Shown: positions 29,545 to 39,785 of the stretch, one piece after another | How the letters are laid out: each line of letters starts with the position of its first letter | Position numbering within the stretch: the stretch's first letter is position 1 | DNA from: Candidatus Fermentibacterota bacterium | Lineage (GTDB): Bacteria > Fermentibacterota > Fermentibacteria > Fermentibacterales > JCC-6 | DNA length: 64,000 bases | Direction: 5' to 3' | NCBI GenBank assembly: GCA_963845085.1 | Contig: CAWJQI010000004.1 | Coordinates: 352,001-416,000 of the forward strand | Program-made: the position numbers and the translations under genes | The notes under the pieces: model-generated | Database searches by the model: none | The model's input: the letters and a program-made list of their open reading frames with translations, nothing else | Told to the model about the DNA's origin: nothing

Positions 29545-30291
29545 CTATTCGGGACCCAGAAACTCTATGCTCAATCTTACCGGAGTGGTCCGGCCCGGGG
29601 GCATGGGCGGAATGTTTGCCGTTTCAAGGGCGTTCTCCACTGCGCGGTCAAAAGCGGCGTTGCCGCTTCGGCGGACCACCTCGTACCTGTGCGTGCCGTC
29701 GGTGTTCACCGTGAAATGAATCTGGTATGTCTCGACGGGCTCCATCGATGTTACGAAATTCCTGCGGATCGCCGCGAACACCCTTCCCTCGTAGCTGGCG
29801 GGTCCGGGCGCCCCCGCACCTGCCTCGCCCGAACCACCGACCCCGATGAACCCGCCTGCGGCCTGGGATTCGGCCTGCTGCTGGGTCTCGGTGGGAGTAA
29901 CCTCGGAAGGCTCGACCTCCGAGGGCTGGACCTCGGCGGGCTGGACCTCTTCCTGAAGCTCTTCCTGAAGCTCTTCCTGGCTCTCTTCCGCCTCCACGGT
30001 CTCCTCGAAAACTTCGAGTATCTCGAGGGTTTCCTCGACCCTGACCTCTTCGACTGCAACCTGGGCGGTGGTGCCTTCGGCGCCGGGCGCCGGATCCAGC
30101 AGGATCATTTCAACAGAAACCATGGAGCCGCCCCCCGTAATCACGGGGGTGGAACCGGCATTCATCACAACCCCGAGCAGTATTACAAAGACCAGTATGC
30201 CTGCATGAAGGCCGAATGCCATCACCATGGACTGCCGGTCGATCGCAGGCGCCCTGCTGACAGGTCTGCGGAATGCTTCAGAGCTGTTCAC
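29545..30291 (-). CDS. tolA: TolA/TonB-like energy transducer
   Basis: Single TM helix with HAG, acidic low-complexity linker, RRSGNAAFDRAV...IPPMP C-terminal domain; start uncertain. Confidence 0.75.
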   Translation of the reverse strand: MNSSEAFRRPVSRAPAIDRQSMVMAFGLHAGILVFVILLGVVMNAGSTPVITGGGSMVSVEMILLDPAPGAEGTTAQVAVEEVRVEETLEILEVFEETVEAEESQEELQEELQEEVQPAEVQPSEVEPSEVTPTETQQQAESQAAGGFIGVGGSGEAGAGAPGPASYEGRVFAAIRRNFVTSMEPVETYQIHFTVNTDGTHRYEVVRRSGNAAFDRAVENALETANIPPMPPGRTTPVRLSIEFLGPE

Positions 30292-30691
30292 GCGCCGACT
30301 CCTGCACAAGACCGACATTCTCGTATCCGCCCCGTCGAAGCTCTGTGAGTGCAAGGGCCAGAACCGAGTATTTTGCCTCACCGTCCGCCCTGACATAGGC
30401 TTCCGTTCTGCCGGAGGCCACGGCTTCCTCGGCAAGCCCGGCGATGTCGGCGGGGGCGACCGGTTCTCCCGCAACAGTGATGTTCCCGAGCGAGTCGATC
30501 TCAACGAGAAGCGCGGTTCCGGGATCGAGCCGGTTGATTATGCGCCCGATGTCGGTGCTTGGAGGATGAACGTCCGCGCTTCGGTGGATCACCGGGGCAC
30601 TGAGCATGAAAATGACGAGCAGGACGAACGTTACATCAATGAGATTGGTGAGGTTGATGGACGAGAACTGCTTGTACCTGGGGCGTATCAT
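30278..30691 (-). CDS. tolR: TolR/ExbD
   Basis: INLTNLIDVTFVLLVIFMLSAP; VRADG. Confidence 0.88.
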   Translation of the reverse strand: MIRPRYKQFSSINLTNLIDVTFVLLVIFMLSAPVIHRSADVHPPSTDIGRIINRLDPGTALLVEIDSLGNITVAGEPVAPADIAGLAEEAVASGRTEAYVRADGEAKYSVLALALTELRRGGYENVGLVQESAREQL

Positions 30692-31356
30692 GTAATGCTG
30701 CCCCTTCTGCACACGTCGACGAGCTCGGAAAGGAACCTGTCGATCTCCCCCGCCAGGTCGTCGACCTTTCCAACGGAATAATTATGGAACACGTTGGCCG
30801 GGATCGCTGCCAGAAGCCCGGCAACCGTGGTTGTCAGGGCGGCGGCGATGCCCGATCCGACTGCGCTGATGTCGGCGGAGCCCATTTCACGCATGCCGAT
30901 GAAACTTGCCAGAACCCCCCAGACGGTTCCGAGAAGGCCGAGCAGCGGGCTGATGCTCGTGACCGTGGCAAGGAAACCGATGTTGCGGCTTCTCTGGGCA
31001 AGGTCCTCACTGGCTTCCCGCTCAAGAGCGCCGTGAAGGATCGTCACTTCTTCCGCGGTCAGCGGCCCGGTAAGGCCAAGGTCGATCCTGCGGCGGAGGA
31101 AACGGCCGGCTTCCGTGTACATCCTGGCCAGCGGACCCATGTCCGAGCTGTTCTTGAGGAAATCGCCGCTGGGGGGACGGCCCGTCGTTCTGAGGGCTTC
31201 CATGAACATTCTGGAGGCCCCGCTTATCCTCGAAAGCTCCCGAAGCTTGGAGATTGCGACGGTCCAGGCGCCCAGTGAAAGCACGAGGATGAGCAGGAGA
31301 ATGAACTTGGTGAATCCGTCGGAGGCTGTCACCGTTGACCAGACAAGTCCCAGCAT
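30688..31356 (-). CDS. tolQ: TolQ/ExbB
   Basis: SPLLGLLGTVWGV, GIAAALTTTVAGL, AIPA. Confidence 0.88.
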   Translation of the reverse strand: MLGLVWSTVTASDGFTKFILLLILVLSLGAWTVAISKLRELSRISGASRMFMEALRTTGRPPSGDFLKNSSDMGPLARMYTEAGRFLRRRIDLGLTGPLTAEEVTILHGALEREASEDLAQRSRNIGFLATVTSISPLLGLLGTVWGVLASFIGMREMGSADISAVGSGIAAALTTTVAGLLAAIPANVFHNYSVGKVDDLAGEIDRFLSELVDVCRRGSIT

Positions 31357-31357
31357 G

Positions 31358-31744
31358 TCAGTCCCTTCCGGAAAGGGCGATGGCCTCTATTTCCACAAGA
31401 CCGCCGAGAGGCAGCCCGGCTGCCTGATATGCGGCACGGGCAGGGAACGGCTCGTTGAAATACCTGGCATATATGGCGTTGACCCTCGAAAAATCCTTCA
31501 TGTCGGCGAGCAGCACCGTCGTTTTCACCACCCGGTCGAGTGATGATCCGCCGGCTTCGAGCACTGCCCGGAGATTTCCGAGCGCAAGCTCGGCCTGGGC
31601 TTCCACCGAAGGCGGCATCACGCCCGTAGCGGGATCAATCCCGAGCTGACCGCTTGCGAACACAAACCCAGCCGCAAGAACGGCCTGGCTGTATGGACCC
31701 ACCGGCGCAGGCGCGTCGCTGGAACGGACCTGTGTTTTAGTCAT
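31358..31744 (-). CDS. ridA: RidA-family enamine/imine deaminase
   Basis: APAPVGPYSQA, SGQLG, PARA, LPLGGLVEIE. Confidence 0.92.
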   Translation of the reverse strand: MTKTQVRSSDAPAPVGPYSQAVLAAGFVFASGQLGIDPATGVMPPSVEAQAELALGNLRAVLEAGGSSLDRVVKTTVLLADMKDFSRVNAIYARYFNEPFPARAAYQAAGLPLGGLVEIEAIALSGRD

Positions 31745-31850
31745 TACGACCTCCTTGCATTACTGGGCAATATACAACGAAAAATGGCATCATGTTCCAT
31801 CTCAACGGCTTTGTCATACAGGGCAGGGATTTGTGGCCCGGGTTCGGGGA

Positions 31851-34658
31851 TCAGGTGTCCATCACCCGGCGAATCACACCGGACAGTTCGGACAGAGTGT
31901 ACGGTTTGCCCAGCACTCCGCTGAACCCGAAATCGCGGTAACGGGCCATGATGCTGTTTCCCGCGTATCCGCTTGAAACAATGACCCTCGCACCGGGATC
32001 GATCGTAAGAACCTCTCGGACAGCCTGCTCTCCGCCCATACCGCCCGGGATGGTCAGGTCCATGATAACGGCGTCGTACGGCCGGCCGGATTCAAAAGCG
32101 CTGCGGTACATCGACACTGCCGTCTCCCCGTCCGAGGCTTCGTGGACCGTGCAACCAAGGGCGGTGAGCAGGTTTCTTGCAGCCGTCCTGACCATTTCCT
32201 CATCGTCGAGCACCAGGATCCTTTCACTGTGGGCGACGGGAAGAACATCAACCCTGGCGGCGGATGGCTGCAAAACTCCGGCGGCGGGCATCAGAACCTC
32301 GAAAAGCGCCCCCCTTGCCGAAGGCAGAAGCCTGATCAGACCGCCATGTCTTGCAACGATGGAATGGCTTGTGGTGAGCCCGAGCCCGTGACCATGCGAA
32401 CGTGTCGTGAAATAGGGGTCGAACACCCTGTCGGAGATCTCGTCCGGAATCCCCGGGCCCGAGTCATGGAAGAGAAGCCTGACGTACCTGCCCGAAGGCA
32501 ACCCGTTCTCGCTCGTGGCCTTCAATACCGTGTTTCCTGCGGTGATGCTCAGGCTTCCCGATTCGTTCATGGCCTGTTTTGCATTTAGAACGAGGTTGCT
32601 CACCACCTGGGCGAACTGCTCGGGATCGGCCTCGAGGTTCCAGAGATCCTGGTCGGCATGAATGGAGAATGAGACTCCCGAACCCCTCAGCAGGAAACGG
32701 GTGGACTGCTCAAGAAGCTCGGCTGTCCGCACAGCCCTTTTTACGGGCGCACCACCCTGTGCGAAGGTCAGGAGTTGATTCGTCAGGTGCCTGGCGCTCA
32801 GGGCGGCCTTCTCTGCATCGGCGGCCAGGCTCCTGTACCCCTGCGATCCCGGTTTCTCCCGCTCCAGCAGGCTGAGGTTGGCCAGTATCCCTGTCAGTAT
32901 GTTGTTGAAATCGTGCGCTATGCCGCCAGCCAGAACGCCCACCGACTCCAGCCGCTCGTTCCGGGCCGCCTCGGCTTCGAGCGCAAGTTTTCTTGTTGCA
33001 TCCTGTATGCCCACGAAGAAAAGCCTCGCTCCCGATTCCTCGAACACCGACCCCCTCGCTTCAAACGGGAAACTCGATCCGTCGGGTCTGGTAAGCTGCC
33101 CCATGAACCCGAAACTGTCATCCTCAGATCCGGGGTCGAGGAAACACCTCAGCCTGTCCGCTCCCGTGCTCAGAAAGTCGAACAGGTCGGTTCCTATCAA
33201 TTCGGTATTCGCGTACCCGAGGATTTCCCGGGCCTGGGGGTTGCAGTCCTGCACCCTGCCTGTGGAATCGATGAGAAGGATGGCCGAGGGATCGGCATGC
33301 ATGAGCCTTGAAAGGCGTCTTCTTGATGCGGTGAGATCCTCGATGGCCCTCATCCTGAGGACCGCGCTGCCGAGCTGCGCCCCCACGCTCTCAAGGAGCT
33401 CCTGGTCAGCCTGTGAAAACTGGTCGGGTTTCTCGTAGCTCTGAACCGCCACGACCCCGACGGGCACCCTGCCGGCTCTGAGGGGAACACCCATCCACTG
33501 CTCGGCAGGTGTGCCCACCTCCTTCCCGCCCCTCTCCCTGTAGTAAGCTGAAATGTCGGCGCGGGTCCATCTGATGGCATGGTCGGAATGGAATACCAGA
33601 TGGGTCAATGATTCGGGATTGTCGATCTTTGTGTCCCTGTCGAACCTGTCGAGGAACTTGGGAATGCGGAACTCGTCCCTCTCGGCGACGTGTACCGCAA
33701 TGTAGAGGTCGGATGTATCCATGACATCGGCAAGGGCTTCGATAACGCGGGAGCACAGCTCATCGAGGGTGTCGACCTCGTTGACCGCCCCTGCGATCAC
33801 CGCAAGGGTGGAGTTCACCCGGAGCGCCCGGTTCTTCTTCGTGACCTCCCTGCTCAGGCGAACATTGCTGACGATGATGAACACAACGCCCGAAAACGCC
33901 AGAAAGCCGAAAACGAACGCCAGAACGCGATGGGGGGAAGCGGTTTCGGGGAACACCCACTTCCTCCTGAGCGTGTAGTAGACGGATGAGTCATCGGCCT
34001 TCAGGGCGGCCAGTTGCCGGTCTATGGCGCCGATGAGCAGCCGGGCCGAGTCAATGTTGCCCGCGATGCCGGTTTGGATGGGGTTCCATATGATCGGGGA
34101 GCCCTCGAGCCTCAGGTCTGAACCGTAATAGGAAAGGGTGTGCCAGGGAACCGCCGCTGCATCGGCCTCGCCCTGCGCCACTGACTGCATCGCAGCCTGA
34201 AATGTCGGCACCCACAGCGGAGAAATGGTGATCCCCAGCCTGTCCACAAGTTCCAGGAATGTCATGGAATGTATATCGCTGTGGATCATTGCGATCCTTG
34301 CCCCCTCGAGGTCAGCCACCGACGCGAACCGGCCGGACCGCCTGACGGCGAGAGTGGACCATCCGGAGTAGACGTTGTTCTCGGGAAACAGGAACATCTC
34401 CTGTCTCGCCGGGGTGTAGCCCGTGCTCAGCAGAAGATCGATCCCGCCGCTCTCGAGCTTGGAGAGGAGCTCCGGCCATTCACCGGGAACAAAGGTGAGC
34501 TGCCAGTCTTCCTCGCCCGCAATGTAGGTTATGAGTTCAACATAGAAACCGTCGGGCTGCCCGGTTGAATTGGTGAATGCCATCGGGGGGTTTTCTTCGT
34601 AACCTACCCTCACCGGGAGTGACACAAGCACCCAGAGAAGAACACACATGATGTTCAT
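31851..34658 (-). CDS. Hybrid sensor histidine kinase (periplasmic PBPb - TM - GAF - PAS - HisKA/HATPase - receiver)
   Basis: ENPPM...DGFYVEL PBPb, GIAHDFNN H-box, DSGPGI, GHGLGL, LDDE...MDLTIPGG receiver. Confidence 0.92.
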   Translation of the reverse strand: MNIMCVLLWVLVSLPVRVGYEENPPMAFTNSTGQPDGFYVELITYIAGEEDWQLTFVPGEWPELLSKLESGGIDLLLSTGYTPARQEMFLFPENNVYSGWSTLAVRRSGRFASVADLEGARIAMIHSDIHSMTFLELVDRLGITISPLWVPTFQAAMQSVAQGEADAAAVPWHTLSYYGSDLRLEGSPIIWNPIQTGIAGNIDSARLLIGAIDRQLAALKADDSSVYYTLRRKWVFPETASPHRVLAFVFGFLAFSGVVFIIVSNVRLSREVTKKNRALRVNSTLAVIAGAVNEVDTLDELCSRVIEALADVMDTSDLYIAVHVAERDEFRIPKFLDRFDRDTKIDNPESLTHLVFHSDHAIRWTRADISAYYRERGGKEVGTPAEQWMGVPLRAGRVPVGVVAVQSYEKPDQFSQADQELLESVGAQLGSAVLRMRAIEDLTASRRRLSRLMHADPSAILLIDSTGRVQDCNPQAREILGYANTELIGTDLFDFLSTGADRLRCFLDPGSEDDSFGFMGQLTRPDGSSFPFEARGSVFEESGARLFFVGIQDATRKLALEAEAARNERLESVGVLAGGIAHDFNNILTGILANLSLLEREKPGSQGYRSLAADAEKAALSARHLTNQLLTFAQGGAPVKRAVRTAELLEQSTRFLLRGSGVSFSIHADQDLWNLEADPEQFAQVVSNLVLNAKQAMNESGSLSITAGNTVLKATSENGLPSGRYVRLLFHDSGPGIPDEISDRVFDPYFTTRSHGHGLGLTTSHSIVARHGGLIRLLPSARGALFEVLMPAAGVLQPSAARVDVLPVAHSERILVLDDEEMVRTAARNLLTALGCTVHEASDGETAVSMYRSAFESGRPYDAVIMDLTIPGGMGGEQAVREVLTIDPGARVIVSSGYAGNSIMARYRDFGFSGVLGKPYTLSELSGVIRRVMDT

Positions 34659-34697
34659 GGGGCAAAGATAGCCGCACAGCCCCCCGTCAGGAAGGGA

Positions 34698-35015
34698 TCA
34701 GGGCGCCACGATCAATACCAGCATGCCGGCAAGCGAAAGCAGCAGCGACAGCACGAGCCATGCCGTGAAAACCGTCCGGAACACCACTCTCCTTCTGCGC
34801 TGCCCGCAGACGCACTCAATGACAAGACCCCGTTCGCCCGGCCTGTGGTAGCCGGCCCTGGTCGTCACGATGCACAGTTTTTCCCCGGGACGGCAGACCA
34901 GGCGCGAAACGAGCCTGAAAACATTCGGGTCGATCGATGCGGCGGCGGCCGTGATCATCAGTGCGATGAACATGCCGCCGCCCGTAACTAAAAGCAGCAG
35001 GACAAGCCCGCTCAT
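34698..35015 (-). CDS. Small membrane protein
   Basis: Two TM segments flanking a Cys-containing loop; abuts the mscL stop. Confidence 0.55.
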   Translation of the reverse strand: MSGLVLLLLVTGGGMFIALMITAAAASIDPNVFRLVSRLVCRPGEKLCIVTTRAGYHRPGERGLVIECVCGQRRRRVVFRTVFTAWLVLSLLLSLAGMLVLIVAP

Positions 35016-35416
35016 CACTTCTGCTTCAGAAGGTCCCTGATCTCGGAGAGAAGAACTTCCTCCCTCGTCGGGGCGGGGGGCGCGGCGGGAGCCTGCTCCT
35101 GCTTCCTCTTCAGGGAGTTCATTCCCTTTATGACCATGAAGATGGCGAAGGCGATTATTACAAAGTCCACAAGCGTCTGGATGAAGAGGCCGTAGTTGAT
35201 TGTTACGGCAGCCGTCTCTCCGGCGGCTTCCCTGATGACAATGGCGAGACCCGAGAAATCAACCCCGCCAAGGAGTACACCGAGCGGAGGCATTATGACG
35301 TCGGCCACAAACGATGAAACGATCTTCCCGAAAGCCGCGCCGATAATGATGCCCACCGCCATGTCCATAACGTTGCCCCGCATGGCGAATGCCTTGAACT
35401 CCTTCATCATGCCCAT
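35015..35416 (-). CDS. mscL: Large-conductance mechanosensitive channel
   Basis: [30 protein letters not shown]. Confidence 0.97.
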   Translation of the reverse strand: MGMMKEFKAFAMRGNVMDMAVGIIIGAAFGKIVSSFVADVIMPPLGVLLGGVDFSGLAIVIREAAGETAAVTINYGLFIQTLVDFVIIAFAIFMVIKGMNSLKRKQEQAPAAPPAPTREEVLLSEIRDLLKQK

Positions 35417-35703
35417 GCTCTTCTCCCTTCGGTTCCGTCTGTGTGAGTTCCGATCCAATTACCATTATTGTCGTTCAGCCACTGTATGGCAAGCATCCAC
35501 AGCCCGGCGGCATGAACACGTCCGGTGAAAACGCCGGAGCAGTTTTTAGCGTGTTGCACGAGGGGGACGTTTGATATCCACAGCAGGTCATGCCGGGGCA
35601 GTCATTGACCGCTGCATGAAACCGGAGCTATCATTGTGTGCGGCATGTGCCGGAACAGATTACGGAAGTTATGCGGCGCAACGGGTTGGAAACGGAGGGA
35701 AGC

Positions 35704-36087
35704 ATGTCCGGTGATGACAGGAGAAGACACGGCTGCCTTGCCATCTGGCTTCTGGTGCTTGCACTGTGGAACCTCGCGCTCATCCTCACATACACTGGAT
35801 GCAACATCGCGCAGTGGGTTGGAGATACGGGTGAACCGTTCGGCTGGTACTATCCGATAATGATCGGTCTGGCAGTTCTCAGCCTTATCTTCGTTATGGC
35901 CCTCTTCGGCTGGAGGAAGTGGGGCTTCTGGGGGCTGATCGTCGTCAACGCGGTGAAGCTCATTCTCGAGGTCTCGGTGGGAAGCGGCGATTTCATGGTT
36001 CTCGCAGGCATTGTTGCAACGATGCTGATCCTTTTCGCCGTGCTGAACATGGGGCGCGAAAACAAGGGCTGGCCACAGCTCCGGTAA
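35704..36087 (+). CDS. Hypothetical membrane protein
   Basis: RHGCL..WL, WRKWGFWG, four TM segments; GGAGG SD. Confidence 0.65.
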   Translation: MSGDDRRRHGCLAIWLLVLALWNLALILTYTGCNIAQWVGDTGEPFGWYYPIMIGLAVLSLIFVMALFGWRKWGFWGLIVVNAVKLILEVSVGSGDFMVLAGIVATMLILFAVLNMGRENKGWPQLR

Positions 36088-36117
36088 TCCGGCTGTACCA
36101 GGACGGAAGGTGGCGCG

Positions 36118-36705
36118 ATGAACAACATTGTGCAGCAGGTGCTTCAGTCCCTTGCAGGAGAGGGGCTTGCCAGTGTTTCGAAGCGGATCGGGGCCGACGA
36201 GCAGAAAACAGGCTCGGCGCTGTCCCTGGTCGTGCCGCTCCTCGTCTCCGCCCTCGCAAAAAACTCCTCGAACCCGGAGGGTGCACGATCGCTTCAGGAA
36301 GCCGTCAGCAAGGATCATGACGGTTCAATACTCGATAACCTGGGCGGATTTCTCAACGATCCTCATGCTGCCAACGGCGACGGAATTCTCCGGCACGTTC
36401 TCGGAGCCAGGCAGAACACTGTCACAAGCGCTCTGGCCCGCGGAACCGATCTGGAGCAGAATCAGATCGGGGAGCTTCTGCGGATAGCCGCACCCCTGAT
36501 CATGGGTCTGCTGGGCAGCAGGAACCGTACGGAAAGCCTCGATGCAGGCTCGATCGGAACCCTTCTGGGTTCAGAGACCAGGGCTGTGAAGAGGAAAGAC
36601 CCCGGTCTCATGGGCGTGCTGAACACACTTCTCGATTCCGACCAGGACGGCTCGGCGATCGATGACGTGATGGGGATGATCGCCAGAAAACTGAAGGGCC
36701 GCTGA
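36118..36705 (+). CDS. DUF937-family protein
   Basis: DHDGSILD, GILRHVLG, LDSDQDGSAIDD EF-hand-like end. Confidence 0.85.
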   Translation: MNNIVQQVLQSLAGEGLASVSKRIGADEQKTGSALSLVVPLLVSALAKNSSNPEGARSLQEAVSKDHDGSILDNLGGFLNDPHAANGDGILRHVLGARQNTVTSALARGTDLEQNQIGELLRIAAPLIMGLLGSRNRTESLDAGSIGTLLGSETRAVKRKDPGLMGVLNTLLDSDQDGSAIDDVMGMIARKLKGR

Positions 36706-36716
36706 GGAGGGGGCGC

Positions 36717-38078
36717 TCAGAGGGTCGGTATGGCCGAGGGGACCACGAGCCCCTCGCTGTTCACAGCGCCGAGATCCACCCAGCCTGTGCAACCGCCTGC
36801 GTCACCGGATGACATGTAATCCGGTATGACCGTGTCCACAAGCACCCAGTCACCCCGACGCTCCCTCACTTCCAGTACTACTCCGACCGGAATTACCGCG
36901 ATCTCGTCGGCTGCTGCGGACGGCCCGGTCCGAAGGGAAATGCCGAGGGCTTCGATCACCGTGATGCTCTGCGGAAACTCGTCAGCCAGCTGAACGTAGA
37001 TGAACGAGCCGGTCCAGCCCGAGGGTCTGATACTGATCTCGCCCTCACGCCAGCGCCTCACGCTGTCGGCAACGGCTGCGTACATGTCGCCAAGCCCCGG
37101 GTACATACCCATCCAGCCCGTGTTCGCAAGCCGTGGCTCAAAATCGCTGAAGCTCCAGACCAGTGCATCAGGAAAGTCACGGCCTGCCATCGCGCTGAGG
37201 TCACTGAGAGCAAATGCCCGATGCGAGGCAATTTCCTGCAGAGGCTGGAAGCCCGTGGAAGTCATGCCGGACGGCGGCGGCATCATCAGCCCTGCCGCGA
37301 ACGCGATCCGCTCCTTCACCGGGTGCCGTGGAACCACGGTCACCCTCCCCCTGCCGATGCTTCCGGCCCAACTGCTCCCGGTCTGGAGCGGATAGCACAG
37401 GATGGCCATGGTCCTGTCGTAGTCAGCCGTCATTGACCCGGAGACGGTGTACTCGACGAGAACCGTGTCGCCGGCTTCGAACTCCACGATCCAGGCGGCG
37501 TTCATCGCCTGGCCGTCAAATGCCGGGTACAGGCTGTCCAGCGAATCGTGTGAGCCGGTCAGCTCGGCATAGCTTGGTATGCGGGTCAGGTACATGGGAG
37601 AGCCCGGTGCGGGTTCGCCGGTAAAAAGCGGGTTCATCAGCTGTAGAACGGTCTCCCATGTCACCGGCTTGTCGGGATCCGAGTTCCACCAGGACGATCC
37701 CGACGCTGGATCGGGATCCCACTCTGCGATGAACAACGGGAACACTTCGGCCGCCCGTCCGTTGACCGATACGCCGACCCTTTCCAGAAAGCGGCCCGGC
37801 TCGGTAGCGCTGTACAACAGACCGACGAAGGGCGTTATCACGTCCACCGGAAAATACATGCAGACCCCGCCTTCGTCCGAAGGCGAGAGGAAGAGGAAGT
37901 CACCGGTTATGTCGAACGTTTTGCGGTCGACCCTGATCACCACATCCTGGGCCAGCATTCTTACCCGGGTTCCGATGCCGTCGAGCGGAACAGGCCCCTG
38001 CGCGACAGATCCAAGGTAGCCCGCATCTCCCAGGGCCAGGAACGGCAGCAGCATCGGGATAAAAAGCAATGAGCGCAT
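36717..38078 (-). CDS. Secreted DUF4424-like protein with C-terminal SH3 domain
   Basis: Signal peptide; YPLQTGSSWAGSIG; LRTGPS...GDWV...GWV SH3b pattern. Confidence 0.65.
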   Translation of the reverse strand: MRSLLFIPMLLPFLALGDAGYLGSVAQGPVPLDGIGTRVRMLAQDVVIRVDRKTFDITGDFLFLSPSDEGGVCMYFPVDVITPFVGLLYSATEPGRFLERVGVSVNGRAAEVFPLFIAEWDPDPASGSSWWNSDPDKPVTWETVLQLMNPLFTGEPAPGSPMYLTRIPSYAELTGSHDSLDSLYPAFDGQAMNAAWIVEFEAGDTVLVEYTVSGSMTADYDRTMAILCYPLQTGSSWAGSIGRGRVTVVPRHPVKERIAFAAGLMMPPPSGMTSTGFQPLQEIASHRAFALSDLSAMAGRDFPDALVWSFSDFEPRLANTGWMGMYPGLGDMYAAVADSVRRWREGEISIRPSGWTGSFIYVQLADEFPQSITVIEALGISLRTGPSAAADEIAVIPVGVVLEVRERRGDWVLVDTVIPDYMSSGDAGGCTGWVDLGAVNSEGLVVPSAIPTL

Positions 38079-38207
38079 CGAATCCCCCCCCATCCCATGC
38101 AACGGCGCCGAATCTCCATGACAACGCAAAGATAACCATTGCATTCCAGGCATGTGTTTATATGTTCTTTCAAAACCCCGGCAAAACGGCGGAGGGATGC
38201 TTCAGCC

Positions 38208-38510
38208 ATGGAATGCTCGAACTGCTCTGCCCTCTCGGACAGGGAGTACGCATCTCAGAAGTACGGATCCGATGAGAACACATTCCTGCCGGCTGCGGCG
38301 TCAGCCCTTGCAGATGTTTTTGACTTCGATCCCCTGAGCAGCAGGAAGCGGATTCTCAAAAGGTGCACCGAATGTGGAACCTACTACCTGTATGTGTCTG
38401 ACTACGTGTACCTTGTCAACGGGTCGGAAGACGAGGAACTGCTTACCAGACTTGATGAAGAAGAGACAGCAAGCCTTCTCGGAGAGGTTTCGGAACGGCG
38501 CGGCATTTGA
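38208..38510 (+). CDS. Small protein with two CxxC motifs
   Basis: CSNC and CTEC; GGAGG SD upstream. Confidence 0.6.
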   Translation: MECSNCSALSDREYASQKYGSDENTFLPAAASALADVFDFDPLSSRKRILKRCTECGTYYLYVSDYVYLVNGSEDEELLTRLDEEETASLLGEVSERRGI

Positions 38511-38544
38511 GGTGGCCGGCCATGCAGCATGGAGAGGAAGGAAA

Positions 38545-39036
38545 GTGAAGATCACTCTGGCCCCGATGACGGGAGACGACCGCGTGCCGGTGATGGACAT
38601 TTTCAACCATTACGTGGAGAACAGCTTTGCGGCATACCCCGAACACAGGCTTCCATACGAGTTCTTCGACAATTTCCTTGCGATGTGCAGGGGGTACCCG
38701 ACCGCGGTGGCCCGCGACGAGAGCGGAATGGTTGCGGGATTCGGGATGCTTCGCCCCTACAGCCCCTTCCCCGCCTTCAGCGGCGCAGCCGAGATATCCT
38801 ACTTTCTCACGCAGGGGTGCACCGGGCACGGCATCGGCAGGCTGATGCTCGACCACCTTGTCAGTGAGGCCAGGGCGAAGGGGCTCAGAACAATTCTTGC
38901 CAACGTGTCTTCACTGAACGAAGGAAGCATGAGGTTTCACCTCAAGCACGGCTTCGTCAGATGCGGAACGCTTCAGGCCATCGGCTGCAAGAACGGCCGG
39001 GAATTCGATGTGGTCTATTTCCAGCTGATGCTTTAG
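38545..39036 (+). CDS. GNAT N-acetyltransferase (Pat/YncA-like)
   Basis: IFNHYV, GHGIG acetyl-CoA motif, NEGSMRFHLKHGF, GCKNGREFDV. Confidence 0.9.
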   Translation: MKITLAPMTGDDRVPVMDIFNHYVENSFAAYPEHRLPYEFFDNFLAMCRGYPTAVARDESGMVAGFGMLRPYSPFPAFSGAAEISYFLTQGCTGHGIGRLMLDHLVSEARAKGLRTILANVSSLNEGSMRFHLKHGFVRCGTLQAIGCKNGREFDVVYFQLML

Positions 39037-39129
39037 GGGCCGCTTCCGCGCGGCACGCATCGGGAATCCACGCCCGCAATCATCCCGGTCACACTGGATT
39101 GTGCGAACATTTCCGTTGCGTAGAGCTAT

Positions 39130-39152
39130 ATTCCTATTGCTCTGATAGGAAT
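39130..39152. promoter_or_regulatory. Perfect 8-bp inverted repeat, candidate operator
   Basis: ATTCCTAT-N7-ATAGGAAT about 27 nt upstream of the Spy-like gene. Confidence 0.45.
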
Positions 39153-39178
39153 TCAGTTTCGGAAGGAGGACGGAAACT

Positions 39179-39782
39179 ATGAGAAGTGGAAGATGGCTGC
39201 TGCTCGGGGCACTGATGCTCGCCCTTGACTGCTCCGGCCATGGCCCAGGGCTGTTGTGGAATGGGCGGCATGGAGAACATGGGCGGTGCCGGCGGACGGA
39301 TGGGCATGCGTGGAATGTCATGCGGAATGTGCGGCGGCATGATGGGCATGGGAGCATGCTCCATGATGCAGGGCTCTCCGATGATGGTCATGCCCTACCT
39401 TGAGTACCTTGATCTCTCCGAGGAACAGCGGGGCGAAATTGATGCCCTTATGACGGGAATGGAAGAGAGAATCTCCGAGGCTCGTGAAGAGGCCGGGATG
39501 GCCAATCCTGCCAGGGCGTTCCTCGATCTTTTCTCGGAGAGCGACTTTTCGGCTGCTTCCCTTGATGACTTCAATGAAAGGGCGGCTGCTCTCGCGGAGG
39601 AGATCCGGCAGATCCATGAGGCAACTCTTGTGGGCATTCACGGGGTCCTTACGGCCGATCAGCTCGAGCAGCTCGAGACCATCGACGTTGACGACGCGGA
39701 CGGTGGCATGCGCCGGGGCTGCGGAAGCGGCGGAATGAACGGCATGGGCCGCAATGGCGGCGGTTGCAGAGGCATGCGTTAG
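39179..39782 (+). CDS. Spy/CpxP-family periplasmic protein with Met/Cys/Gly-rich termini (frameshift near 39223)
   Basis: Signal MRSGRWLLLGALMLAL joins TAPAMAQ in another frame; LDLSEEQ and VLTADQ LTxxQ motifs. Confidence 0.75.
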
Positions 39783-39785
39783 AAC

